Shown piece by piece: positions 19,387 through 28,997 of a DNA stretch of 64,000 bases (position 1 is the stretch's first letter; each line of letters starts with the position of its first letter). The stretch lies in the UHGV virus genome UHGV-1366919; one strand, 5' to 3'. Below the pieces are notes generated by a model. The model made no database searches and was not told where the DNA came from. It saw nothing but the letters and a program-made list of their open reading frames with translations. The position numbers and the translations under genes are program-made. The stretch comes from a virus.

Positions 19387-19832
19387 AATTTAAGAAAAAT
19401 AATTTAATTATTTTAATGAGTAAATGGATTTCATGGGATTTTGATGATACTCTTTATGATCCATATTCTGGCCAATTAATTGGACAAACTTATAAGATCT
19501 TTAAAAATCAATTAAAATCTGGAGCAAAACTTTGTATTACAACATATAGATACAGAGATGAATGTGAGACTATTGAAAAATTGTTTCCAAATATTCCAAT
19601 TTTTGCAACTGGAAGAGAATCTAAAGTTGAGTTATTAAGAGGTTTAGAAGGCGGAGTAAAGAGTCATTATGACGATCATTTAACATTATGTCTTGAATTA
19701 TTAAACACTAAAATTTGTCAGCCAATTTTTATTAAGCATCATTGGATGCCAAATTATGATTTGCCAAAAGAATTAAAGATAATTAATATTACAGAAGTAA
19801 AACAAAAAGGATTTAGAGGATTATATGGATAA
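19368..19832 (+). CDS. HAD-superfamily hydrolase-like protein (possible nucleotidase)
   Basis: ISWDFDDTLYD carries the HAD motif I DxDxT. Confidence 0.4.
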   Translation: MVTAPLKFKKNNLIILMSKWISWDFDDTLYDPYSGQLIGQTYKIFKNQLKSGAKLCITTYRYRDECETIEKLFPNIPIFATGRESKVELLRGLEGGVKSHYDDHLTLCLELLNTKICQPIFIKHHWMPNYDLPKELKIINITEVKQKGFRGLYG

Positions 19833-20061
19833 AGAATTATTTGAACCATGGTTTGGAGAAGTTTTCTTTGATGGTATTGTTGCCGGGTTTATTACTATCT
19901 CTGAACCAAAAGTAATTATATTTGTTTCTGAAATTGGTAATTGCCCAACATACGGTGGTGTTTTGCTTTCTGAAAAAGATAAAGTAGGAAAAATAATTTT
20001 ATTTCCTCCGGATAATAAAATTGAAAATATAGTAGAGACTGTTCGAAATGGAGGAGAATAA
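19825..20061 (+). CDS. hypothetical protein
   Basis: 78-aa ORF. Confidence 0.25.
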   Translation: MDKELFEPWFGEVFFDGIVAGFITISEPKVIIFVSEIGNCPTYGGVLLSEKDKVGKIILFPPDNKIENIVETVRNGGE

Positions 20062-20830
20062 AGAAGTTGATTATTCTTATGTGACTTTTTATCGAGATAA
20101 AACTGGAGAAGTTTTGAGGTATAAATTTGGAAGATGCCTTAATGACTGTATTTCTGATTTTAAAGTTTATCTTGATGAAAATAAAAATCTGATTCAACTT
20201 TATAAAAATAATAAAAGAATTTTTTCTGGAAATTTATCTAATGAAGATACTTGGAAACGTAAAGTTTATTTCTATCTTTTGAAAGACATATTTCCAAATG
20301 AACCAATTAAAATTGACTGGAATTGGAACAATCAAAATATTCATATTCTTCAAAAAGAATTAAGCAAGGAACGAAAAGAAAGATTTGAGAAAAATCCAAG
20401 ACATTATGTTCTCAAATATGGGCTTGACTCTGAAGAAGGAAAATTATTAATAGAAGCCCCCTATATTCCAGGAAAAGAATTTAAGAAAATTATAGGAGGA
20501 CCTAAATGGAAAGATTGGAAACTTGCAATTAAAAAAGATCCGAAAATGCCTCTTCGAGTCATATTGACTCATATACGACACACTAAGACCAATTATGATT
20601 TATATATGAGACAAAGAATGTGTATAAAGCTAGCCCGAGAAAAGGTTAAAGATGAAATTTTTAATATTGCTTTATCTTGGGGAATTGACGAAAAGAAACT
20701 AGAAAAAGCTTTAACTCCAAGAATTATTAAAAGGGAAAGTCGCAATATACAAACAATAATTAAAAAAGCCATGAGGCTTACTAGAACTAATGAATGGCAG
20801 AATCAAAGACTACGCTCCAAGAAAGCTTGA
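20048..20830 (+). CDS. hypothetical protein
   Basis: 260-aa basic ORF. Confidence 0.35.
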   Translation: MEENKEVDYSYVTFYRDKTGEVLRYKFGRCLNDCISDFKVYLDENKNLIQLYKNNKRIFSGNLSNEDTWKRKVYFYLLKDIFPNEPIKIDWNWNNQNIHILQKELSKERKERFEKNPRHYVLKYGLDSEEGKLLIEAPYIPGKEFKKIIGGPKWKDWKLAIKKDPKMPLRVILTHIRHTKTNYDLYMRQRMCIKLAREKVKDEIFNIALSWGIDEKKLEKALTPRIIKRESRNIQTIIKKAMRLTRTNEWQNQRLRSKKA

Positions 20831-21053
20831 AGAAAAACAATTGAGTACATTAACTTTTGTTGAAAAGATTTATTCTCCTTCAGATAATTTATTAGAATTC
20901 ACTTGTTTTTTACCTATTGAAGATACTATGTATAAGATAAACTATTCTAGAAAAAAATTTGATGATGGAGGAGAACCCGTTGGAGATTTTTACCTTATTG
21001 GCGGAAGATGTATCCCTTGCAGTATAAAGTATAAAATTACAGACGAAGACTAA
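20790..21053 (+). CDS. hypothetical protein
   Basis: 87-aa ORF. Confidence 0.25.
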   Translation: MNGRIKDYAPRKLEEKQLSTLTFVEKIYSPSDNLLEFTCFLPIEDTMYKINYSRKKFDDGGEPVGDFYLIGGRCIPCSIKYKITDED

Positions 21054-21054
21054 A

Positions 21055-21417
21055 ATGGACGAATCATATACATTTAAAAAATATTTGTTGGGCCTGGTTA
21101 AAAACACAGAAAATCACGATATATTTTATTTTAAACCAGGAACAATTTTTATAAATTGCTATTTCCCAGGTAATTTTATAATTGAGATTAATAAAGAATA
21201 TCCTATGGGAGGAGCTACAAAATTTATTGCTAGCTTAATAGATGCTAAATTTAGAACAACTATTCTTACTTGTTTCCTTGATGAAGATGAATATCATACG
21301 TTTCACTCGGCAGCAAGAAATTATCGAACTAAACGAGGAAAACAGATTGAAAATCACATGAAATATATTTTAGAACAGTGGAAGAAAGACGAGTTCTATG
21401 ATAGAGATAAAATGTAA
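21055..21417 (+). CDS. hypothetical protein
   Basis: 120-aa ORF. Confidence 0.3.
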   Translation: MDESYTFKKYLLGLVKNTENHDIFYFKPGTIFINCYFPGNFIIEINKEYPMGGATKFIASLIDAKFRTTILTCFLDEDEYHTFHSAARNYRTKRGKQIENHMKYILEQWKKDEFYDRDKM

Positions 21418-21456
21418 AGCACCTTTGATTTTATAGAAAAAATATAAAAATAAGTT

Positions 21457-22026
21457 ATGTTTAAAAACCTATCCATCATTTTTCTGATGGCAATTTTACC
21501 ATCGTCTGCCCTTGAATATGGTTTTAGTCTTTCGGGTTCAGCTTATACAGGGCATGGTAAAATAACTGAGAATTTCGATATTCCAGATCTTTCTGGATTC
21601 GAATTATCATTATGGGGTAAGCAACAAAAGGTTGATTCAAAGTTTTCTCATACTTTTTCTTTTATTTTTGGCCAATTGGGAGGAGAAAAAGAATATCTTA
21701 ATAAAAATATTGGCCTAGATCTTACCATTTATCCATTCATGTTTGGTTATAAAGCCCAGTACAATTATACTGATCGAATTGGATTTTATGGTGAAGTTCT
21801 AGGCGGAATATCTTATGGAGAAGTTAAAGTTGATTGGCCGTCTCAATTTGGACCAGGTTTCGAAGAAAACCGATATAAAGCGGCTATGGGAACCTTTGAA
21901 TTTGGAACAGGTATTTCAATTAGACTTGATGAAGATGTTCGTCTAAATGTTGGATATTCAATGTATAAATTTGAATATTGCCAACCATTCAATGGTGTTA
22001 AGATCGGGCTTTCCTTGTCTTTTTAG
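21457..22026 (+). CDS. outer-membrane beta-barrel-like protein (OmpA/OmpW-like) with signal peptide
   Basis: N-terminal signal MFKNLSIIFLMAILPSSA, alternating amphipathic strands, C-terminal ...GLSLSF ending in Phe. Confidence 0.45.
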   Translation: MFKNLSIIFLMAILPSSALEYGFSLSGSAYTGHGKITENFDIPDLSGFELSLWGKQQKVDSKFSHTFSFIFGQLGGEKEYLNKNIGLDLTIYPFMFGYKAQYNYTDRIGFYGEVLGGISYGEVKVDWPSQFGPGFEENRYKAAMGTFEFGTGISIRLDEDVRLNVGYSMYKFEYCQPFNGVKIGLSLSF

Positions 22027-22240
22027 TAGGCTTAACTTCTTTAATTAATTCTTCGGTTTTAACTTCAGCAGAAGGCGTTTCAGAAACAATTTCTTCGGCT
22101 TTCTTCGCTTCAAATATTTCAGCTAACTTAATTTCTTCAGGAGTCATATCAGCCTCAGTAACAGGTTGAGGCTTAGTAACTGGAAACTGGCTGTTAAGCA
22201 TTTCAACTAAACTCATTACAGGTCCATTAGTCATAGACAT
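21998..22240 (-). CDS. hypothetical small charged protein
   Basis: 80-aa ORF; overlaps the end of the OMP gene by 29 nt. Confidence 0.25.
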   Translation of the reverse strand: MSMTNGPVMSLVEMLNSQFPVTKPQPVTEADMTPEEIKLAEIFEAKKAEEIVSETPSAEVKTEELIKEVKPTKKTRKARS

Positions 22241-22246
22241 ATATTT

Positions 22247-22477
22247 ATGATAAACATTATAATTTATATAATACTATCAATAGTTGTAGTTATTGCGAAT
22301 TTTTGCGCTCTTTTATTAATAGGCGATTCTATTACTATTATTTGGACCTGGTTTAAAAAGAAAGAAATTTGTGAAACCAAAAAGGAATTGTTGTTCAGTA
22401 ATACTACTGGGCTTGGATTGATTTTTATGCTAGATGTTATTGTAATTCCTTGTATGTATTTGATTGCAACAAATTAA
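22247..22477 (+). CDS. small membrane protein
   Basis: 76 aa, two hydrophobic segments. Confidence 0.3.
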   Translation: MINIIIYIILSIVVVIANFCALLLIGDSITIIWTWFKKKEICETKKELLFSNTTGLGLIFMLDVIVIPCMYLIATN

Positions 22478-22511
22478 GCTATATAGCAAGTTTTGAATTT
22501 AAAAGCGATAT

Positions 22512-22817
22512 TTGATGATGAATACCTATGACATTAGAGAATATTTTGATAATATTTTATTAGGAAATCCTGAAGAAATTATTGATAATCTTTCTATTAT
22601 AGAAGATCATTTTTTCTATGTTGTTAATTTTATAAATGAAAATAATGAAGATTACATCTATAGTATAGATAAATCTTTAATTTTTAATTTATGGGGATTG
22701 TTAGGACATCATGTTCGGGTATATTTGAATAACGAAGAACATAATTATAAGTTTACATATAGAATATCTCATAAAAAGTATAAGAAAATTTTGCAAGAAA
22801 TAAAGGAACGAAAGTAA
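22512..22817 (+). CDS. hypothetical protein
   Basis: ORF in an early-gene-like array. Confidence 0.3.
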   Translation: MMMNTYDIREYFDNILLGNPEEIIDNLSIIEDHFFYVVNFINENNEDYIYSIDKSLIFNLWGLLGHHVRVYLNNEEHNYKFTYRISHKKYKKILQEIKERK

Positions 22818-22822
22818 CAAAA

Positions 22823-23215
22823 ATGATAAAAAATCTTATTATAAAAGTTATAAAGGAAAATATTAAAAAAGGAAAATATTATACCTTTGATGATAAAGTA
22901 ATTAGTCAAAATATTTGTATTGAAGATTATTTTGATAATTTTGGTCTTGAAATTAGAATTCATACTGATGAAGATTCTTTAGATAATACTATTCAAATTA
23001 AGCATAATGGTATCTTGATTAAAGAATTTAATATTGATAAAAGTAATTTAGATATTGCTTCTCTTCAAGAAGAATATCATCAGGAAAAACTTTCCGAAAT
23101 TGAAAATGCTATTTTAGAAAAATATAATATCATTAAAACCAAACCTATTAAAATGGGTGTCGATAAAGATACCGGTCTTCCTTTTACATATTATACTGAT
23201 GGTCTAGCAGAATGA
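22823..23215 (+). CDS. hypothetical protein
   Basis: ORF; overlaps the next by 4 nt. Confidence 0.3.
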   Translation: MIKNLIIKVIKENIKKGKYYTFDDKVISQNICIEDYFDNFGLEIRIHTDEDSLDNTIQIKHNGILIKEFNIDKSNLDIASLQEEYHQEKLSEIENAILEKYNIIKTKPIKMGVDKDTGLPFTYYTDGLAE

Positions 23216-23517
23216 ATGATGATATAGTTTTAGAATTCTTGGAAAAGCTAAGTAAAAATCTTGATAATATTAAAGTTGATTATGATAGCGACCAAGTAAT
23301 ATTTCAGGAACCGGGTAATCCTTATAAGTTTGTATATTACAAAGAAAGTATGTATCCTTATAAAGGAGAAAGAATTAAAGTATATGTTTATGAAAATGAT
23401 CAGAAACTATATGAATATAATGTCGATGGCCAGCAAATGTATAGTTTAGCCGAAAAAGTTTTTTATTTTAAGGTTAATGCTTTAAAAACTTATATTAATC
23501 GTTTTCTTAACTCATGA
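23212..23517 (+). CDS. hypothetical protein
   Basis: ORF; ATGA overlap. Confidence 0.3.
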   Translation: MNDDIVLEFLEKLSKNLDNIKVDYDSDQVIFQEPGNPYKFVYYKESMYPYKGERIKVYVYENDQKLYEYNVDGQQMYSLAEKVFYFKVNALKTYINRFLNS

Positions 23518-23810
23518 ATTGGAAAATTTATTCTGAAGAAAAACCTAAGCCTTTTAAACAGGTAATTGCTTATAATCCTAAATGGAGAGGTGATAAAATT
23601 GTTCTGGGATATTTGGACGACAGCGATATTGATGAAAAATTCAATTATATGCTATTAATGTCCTCGGATCAGAAATTTCATACTTTCGAAGGCAAACCGA
23701 CGCGATGGATTGATCCTGAAGAATTGATTAAAGATATTGGATTAAAGGGAGTCTTTGAAAGTTTTAATCATGTATTTGATACGGTTTTTGGTTCATGGAA
23801 TGGAAATTAA
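23514..23810 (+). CDS. hypothetical protein
   Basis: ORF. Confidence 0.3.
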   Translation: MNWKIYSEEKPKPFKQVIAYNPKWRGDKIVLGYLDDSDIDEKFNYMLLMSSDQKFHTFEGKPTRWIDPEELIKDIGLKGVFESFNHVFDTVFGSWNGN

Positions 23811-24223
23811 TTAATATCTGGGATGTTGTCCAAACTAAAACAGGTGTAGTCGGAATTGTTATTACAAAATTTACAGATCACATTAATTTAGCTTTACACG
23901 GGCATATTCAAACAATTTTAATTACAGATATTGAATTTAAACTTGGGAATATTAAAAGTTTAATTGATATATTTCCTATTTCTAAACAATATTCCAGCCA
24001 GAATTTTGAAGAAGAAAAGGAGCAACAGATTTATTTTGACTATGAGAAAGATTCTTTAAAGGATAAATTGGGAAAAATTTCAATGGACATTCTCTTTAAA
24101 CGAAAAATTTTAGAAGTTTCTTTTCATAAAAATTCTGAACATCCTGTGCTATTCCATGCGATAAGAAGCGTTTCTCAAAAAGAATATGAAGAAATCTTAG
24201 AAGAGATGAACAATGAAAATTAA
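23795..24223 (+). CDS. hypothetical protein
   Basis: ORF. Confidence 0.3.
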   Translation: MEWKLINIWDVVQTKTGVVGIVITKFTDHINLALHGHIQTILITDIEFKLGNIKSLIDIFPISKQYSSQNFEEEKEQQIYFDYEKDSLKDKLGKISMDILFKRKILEVSFHKNSEHPVLFHAIRSVSQKEYEEILEEMNNEN

Positions 24224-24602
24224 AATTCAAACTCAATATATTATTTTTGAAAATCCGTCTTCAGAAGAAATTTGTAAGAATACTCCAATGGTTAAGGTAT
24301 ACCTTAAAGACGGAGTTATTTCAACATTTGTTTGGAAGAATTCCAGAGAAGCATCCTGGCCGATTTATGAAGACCGCGAATGCCTGAATCCATTTAAAGC
24401 CGATGAAGTGATTGATAAATTTATTCAATATCCTTGCGAGTTTATATGTATCTTAAGAAAAGCTTTTGAATTTCATAATGAAGAACTGCTTAAAGATAAA
24501 GATCAGTATTATTTGAAGGGGTTTCAAAGGAAAAGCAACCAGAAAAAAGTAGTCGGAGACGGGGCCGAATTAAAAATTACTTTTTATGCAAACCACAATT
24601 GA
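24213..24602 (+). CDS. hypothetical protein
   Basis: ORF. Confidence 0.3.
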   Translation: MKIKIQTQYIIFENPSSEEICKNTPMVKVYLKDGVISTFVWKNSREASWPIYEDRECLNPFKADEVIDKFIQYPCEFICILRKAFEFHNEELLKDKDQYYLKGFQRKSNQKKVVGDGAELKITFYANHN

Positions 24603-24966
24603 GCTAGTATTATCAATATATGTTGATGATAATGGAACCCTTTTTTGTTTAATATACAAAAACAGGACTGTTGAAAAAAGTCTTCCTATTGACCTTTTTT
24701 ATTTGACATATGAAGATGAAAAAACTGCTCGAGAAGCGGCTGACATGCTTTTCAGTGATCTAGATGTTCGGAATAAAATCATTGAAAAAGCCGAAAAGCG
24801 CTACAAAATAGAAAAAAAAAAAGAAAAATCATTTCAAAGAAACGGATGGAGCAGGAAGAAAGCTTTGAGGCGTAACCTTAAAAAAGATTTTAGAAAAGTA
24901 TGCGACTGGTATCTGCATATTCCATTCGATGATGATTTTGAGAATGGCAAGAAGTATTTTTGCTGA
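24586..24966 (+). CDS. hypothetical protein
   Basis: ORF; possible distant paralog of 25068-25445. Confidence 0.3.
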   Translation: MQTTIELVLSIYVDDNGTLFCLIYKNRTVEKSLPIDLFYLTYEDEKTAREAADMLFSDLDVRNKIIEKAEKRYKIEKKKEKSFQRNGWSRKKALRRNLKKDFRKVCDWYLHIPFDDDFENGKKYFC

Positions 24967-25067
24967 ACGGAACCTTGTTAAAGTTTATTTCTTACCAAGT
25001 AATGTCTGTTAATGAAAATTTCAGAATATAATATTATTTTTTTACATTTATAAAAAAAGTTTGATTT

Positions 25068-25445
25068 ATGAAGCAGTTTGAAATAATTATTCATACTTTC
25101 TTTTTAAAAGATGGTTTGTCCAGGTTATTTGTACATAAGAATAAAAAAATTAAACAAGGTTCTCCGATTAATTTTTACATGTTTAAATTCAACAATGCGG
25201 AAGAAGCGGTAAGAAATATTGATTCAATGATTTTGGACAAAACTTGGCTGTCTGAAATAGTAACTGCTTCTTTTGATTTTTATAGAAATTTTTATAATAA
25301 TCAATTCGGCCGCTTCCAGAAAGAGATAAAGAAAGAACTTAATAGAATTAAAGCAAAAGAAAAAGTATACCTGCTGAACGTCTTTGAGATTTCTGGAAAT
25401 GATATTAAGGCGAATTATTATAGACAATTGGATTTATCATTATAA
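25068..25445 (+). CDS. hypothetical protein
   Basis: ORF. Confidence 0.3.
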   Translation: MKQFEIIIHTFFLKDGLSRLFVHKNKKIKQGSPINFYMFKFNNAEEAVRNIDSMILDKTWLSEIVTASFDFYRNFYNNQFGRFQKEIKKELNRIKAKEKVYLLNVFEISGNDIKANYYRQLDLSL

Positions 25446-25646
25446 AAGTAATTTTAAAGAAGTTATTAACAGTATCAGTTTTTTCTATATTAGAAGTTGA
25501 TTAAACGGTTTTAAGATTTCTTAACTATTGTACTGTTACTTTTACCTGCATTTATGTAAACGGTTCAGAAGGCGTTAATTATGTTTAATTTTTTGATACC
25601 CATGTAATCATCATGTCGGACAATATATAAAGTTTATGTTGAAGCT

Positions 25647-26102
25647 ATGAAAAATGCAGTTGATAATCAGCATTTTTTCAATGACTCAACAGGTGATGCC
25701 AAGGTTGTATTGACTGAATTCATCAATTCAGCAGAAAATAGTGTTCGTATCTTTACTCATAGTTTAAATCATGAAATTTATAATGATTTAGAACTTATGT
25801 ATGCTATTAAAAAAGCCTTAGATAGGAAAGTACATTTTGATATTATGATTCAATCAGAAGAACCTGATGAAAAGAGTTTCCGTTTAGTGTCTTTATTAGA
25901 AGACTCTAAGTATGCTGGACTTGTTTCTTTTGAGAAAAATAAAGGAATAGGATTGAATCATAATGTTTGCACCGTAGATTCTAATAAATTCCGTTTTGAA
26001 TATAATCCAGATGAGAGAAAAGCTGAGGCATCTTGGAACGACGAAGCTACTACACATAAGCTTAATAGCCTTTTAGATTCTATTAAAAATATAGCTTGTT
26101 AA
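25647..26102 (+). CDS. hypothetical protein
   Basis: 151-aa ORF, last of the plus-strand block. Confidence 0.35.
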   Translation: MKNAVDNQHFFNDSTGDAKVVLTEFINSAENSVRIFTHSLNHEIYNDLELMYAIKKALDRKVHFDIMIQSEEPDEKSFRLVSLLEDSKYAGLVSFEKNKGIGLNHNVCTVDSNKFRFEYNPDERKAEASWNDEATTHKLNSLLDSIKNIAC

Positions 26103-26489
26103 TTTTTGTATTGTCTCACATATAGAAATTTATTTGTAAAAAACTTTCTTTTTTGAAAGAAGTTTTTATTCCTCTTTCCATGGAGCAGGAGAGGATAATT
26201 CCGAAAAATTTTAAAGAAAATAATATTCATCATAATTCAGCGGGCTGAATTTAAATTTTTATTTTCAAATTTTTATTTTTTAAAATTAAAATGCCTTGGC
26301 AGGGCACCTTCGATTTATTAGGCTATTTATATATTAGCATTCCTTAATGCAGGACCTTTCATATATGGCAGGTCTATTCTATATCAAGCCTCAATTTACA
26401 TAGGTGTATATATAAAAAGAAGCACCGGTGCGGTATAAGGCCACACCGGTGCTGGGAAGTCCTGCTTCAGTTTAGTTCAGGATCATTCT

Positions 26490-26633
26490 TCGTGAAGCAA
26501 ACTCCAGTTTTGAGTTGCCATATCTTCAATCATAATCTTTGCATTATGTTCTGCCATATTCCTGCTGAATCCTTTACGAAGAAGCATTTCAATTATCATC
26601 TCCAAAAGTTTATTATCTTCATTCATAATATTA
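26490..26633 (-). CDS. small protein (47 aa) with own promoter-like motif and terminator
   Basis: MNEDNKLLEMIIEMLLRKGFSRNMAEHNAKIMIEDMATQNWSLLHEE. Upstream region is a near-copy of the upstream region of 26698-26910. Downstream 10-bp-stem hairpin agcaccggtg...caccggtgct then T-run. Confidence 0.3.
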
Positions 26634-26697
26634 TTATATGATTGATCTTAATCAGTTAAGGTAGCTTTGATAAAAGCTATTAAAGGTGGCTTTGATT

Positions 26698-26910
26698 TTA
26701 TAAACTATAAATGTCTTCTTCCTGTAATCTATTTGCATAGGCCTTTTTCTCTTCTTGGTTAAGAGCTAAACATAGAAAAGTAATAAGAAGAGTTACTATT
26801 CCCAAACCAATTCCTCTTTCAATATCTTCCATTAAGAAGTAATCACAAGAAAGTACCAAGGTAGGAATAGTAAGAATGTATTTGAGCATCTTCATAATAT
26901 TATTGTACAA
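26698..26910 (-). CDS. small membrane protein
   Basis: 70 aa with a hydrophobic core LGIVTLLITFLCLAL. Confidence 0.35.
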   Translation of the reverse strand: MYNNIMKMLKYILTIPTLVLSCDYFLMEDIERGIGLGIVTLLITFLCLALNQEEKKAYANRLQEEDIYSL

Positions 26911-27138
26911 CTGATCTTAAACAGCACAGGTGACTTTAACGACAGTTAAGTCATCAAAGGTGATGATCAATAAGGTGATATTACATCAGAACAGCACCGG
27001 TATATTCTGAGGAATTCTTATAATAACTTTTTTAGAATATAAAAATAAGATTTCTTAGTCTTATACTCAACTTAAGACTTATATTCTTACAAATTCTTTT
27101 AGGATATTTTTTATAAATATTCTCGAAATATTTTGTAT

Positions 27139-27180
27139 AAAAAAGGGTTCCTAAGACTGTCTTTCAAATCTTAGGAACCC
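27139..27180 (-). terminator. rho-independent terminator for 27194-27598
   Basis: gggttcctaaga/tcttaggaaccc stem followed (minus strand) by TTTTTT. Confidence 0.55.
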
Positions 27181-27193
27181 TTGAATTAATTCA

Positions 27194-27598
27194 TTATTTG
27201 ACAATACTCAAGGACATTTCTTCCTTTGAGTCTTCTTCGGTCAGGTTGAAAGTAACCTTCCTTTCTCCATGAGAACCGCAGTCGAAGACCATGAGGGTAT
27301 TGGCTTCAGTGAAAGAGATAGATCCTTCAAATCCCTTAAACAGATTAGTAAGAAACGGTTTAACCAGTTCAAGATACTTCTGAGAGATTTTCTTAATTTC
27401 TTCTTCTCCTTTCTCAACCTCATTTCTTTCAAAATGCAAAGTGATCTTATCTTTATTCTTGGACTTGGTTGACTGAAGGCCTTGATAACCCGATTTAGCT
27501 ACTGGAATGATAAGGATGACTTCCTGCCCATTCAGGTTTGCTTTAACTTCGGTATTCTTAGTTTCAACAGTCGTTTCTTGATTTTTAGCTTTGCTCAT
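27194..27598 (-). CDS. small Lys/Glu-rich protein, paralog A (possibly abundant structural or DNA-associated protein)
   Basis: 134 aa. Shares VILIIPVAKSGYQGLQSTK / YLELVKPFL / FTEANTLMVF with 28998-29387. Strong terminator. Confidence 0.5.
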   Translation of the reverse strand: MSKAKNQETTVETKNTEVKANLNGQEVILIIPVAKSGYQGLQSTKSKNKDKITLHFERNEVEKGEEEIKKISQKYLELVKPFLTNLFKGFEGSISFTEANTLMVFDCGSHGERKVTFNLTEEDSKEEMSLSIVK

Positions 27599-27703
27599 GT
27601 GTATTCTTATTATAAAGGAAATCTTAAACTATTAGGGTGATTACTGATAATAAAATTTAATATACAGTATATTGTATATTGTTTCTTATTTTTTATAGAG
27701 AAA

Positions 27704-27769
27704 AACTATTCTTGAAAGTCCGTTTGCCCTATATCAACAAACTTGATTTAAAAAATATTGATTTGCACT
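27704..27769. repeat. left copy of ~66-bp inverted repeat
   Basis: gaaagtccgtttgccctatatcaacaaacttgatttaaaaaatattgatttgcactttattga; reverse-complement copy at 28399-28462 (~95% identical). Confidence 0.75.
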
Positions 27770-27802
27770 TTATTGATTTATTTTTAATAAGTTATAATAA
27801 AA

Positions 27803-27846
27803 GCACAGATTGGAGGAAAATAAAACTTCCTCCAATCTGTGCTTTT
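27803..27846. terminator. bidirectional hairpin terminator
   Basis: gcacagattggagg(aaaataaaactt)cctccaatctgtgc, flanked by A-run and T-run. Confidence 0.5.
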
Positions 27847-27869
27847 ATCTTAGTATACTGTATATTGTA

Positions 27870-28265
27870 TTACAATCTGCTGACTGTATATATAATCGGT
27901 TCAAACCTTCTGACTTGTTCAATTGAATTATAAACATAAATTAAATGTTCAGAAACAAGTTTATTCCTCATAATATAATCTATAAATGATTTGCAGATAT
28001 CTGTTCTGAAAGAAAACAATGATTTATATTGTCTTTTGCCTATGCTTATTTTTCTTGAATAAAAAGGATTTTGAATATAAATCGCAAGTTCAGCCTTACT
28101 TGCGATATAGCTTAAGCCAGGACCTGATACCTTATCAATATTTTCTATCATTCTACAAATATCAATAAACAGTTCCTTTAATTCACCATTAAAAAATGAA
28201 TCAGTTATTTTAATAATATATTGACTTTGGCCTAATTGCATTTTCAGTTGGTAACTGTTATTCAT
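27870..28265 (-). CDS. hypothetical protein encoded inside the IR-bounded cassette
   Basis: 131-aa ORF, the only substantial ORF between the inverted repeats. Confidence 0.4.
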   Translation of the reverse strand: MNNSYQLKMQLGQSQYIIKITDSFFNGELKELFIDICRMIENIDKVSGPGLSYIASKAELAIYIQNPFYSRKISIGKRQYKSLFSFRTDICKSFIDYIMRNKLVSEHLIYVYNSIEQVRRFEPIIYTVSRL

Positions 28266-28398
28266 ACTTTTATAATATATTATATCTTGATCCTATCAGG
28301 TGAATATACCGTTTGAGGTACTTTTTACAATATAAAGAAATTAACTGCTTAAAAAATAGCCTAAAATATGATGGTCTTATATAACTTATTGATTTTAA

Positions 28399-28462
28399 GT
28401 CAATAAAGCGCAAATCAATATTTTTTAAATCAAGTTTGTTGATATAGGGCAAACGGACTTTT
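28399..28462. repeat. right copy of ~66-bp inverted repeat
   Basis: Reverse complement of 27704-27769. Confidence 0.75.
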
Positions 28463-28997
28463 CAGATAAAAATCAAACTGAATTGTCTTCTTCTTAATGA
28501 ATCAAAACTATACCATAATTGGTGCAATCAATATTATTTTTTAGTATAAACGATAATTAAAACTGAATTACTGTAAAAATTGTTCTTATATAATGAGAAC
28601 AATACGGTATTATACAATTTTAATTATATGGTAAGCCTTAGCAAATACAGGTGATTATTCAAAGGTGGTAAACTTAGGGAAAATTAAATATAATACCTTG
28701 ATAATCAATGGTGCTTCATCTCGGGTGAATTATATTCTGAACCTTAATAGCTATAGGTGATTGGTCGATTATAATAAAAATGCACCTCCAAAGGTTATGT
28801 AAAATATTATTATAAAAGTGTACCTGATAACAATCAATGTTAAAAGGAACAATATGATAAGTCAATAATATAATAAAAGATGAAACATTTTTTATATCAG
28901 CAATTAAGGTTAGTACCTGATGAAAATGTGGATTCAGTTATTATAAAAGTGTTGGCAATCAACAAATAAAACACAAACCACAAAATAATATAATAAT

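Noticed and set aside
27679-27933. ORFs 27679-27933 (+) and 28270-28452 (-), both encoding PYINKLDLKNIDL...
   Set aside because: They are simply translations of the two copies of the ~66-bp inverted repeat; the identical peptide is a repeat artefact and not evidence of a gene.
28470-28990. CRISPR-like or tandem array of GGTG-containing words upstream of 28998-29387
   Set aside because: Repeats are short (5-8 nt), irregularly spaced and not separated by unique spacers; more likely clustered promoter or factor-binding motifs.
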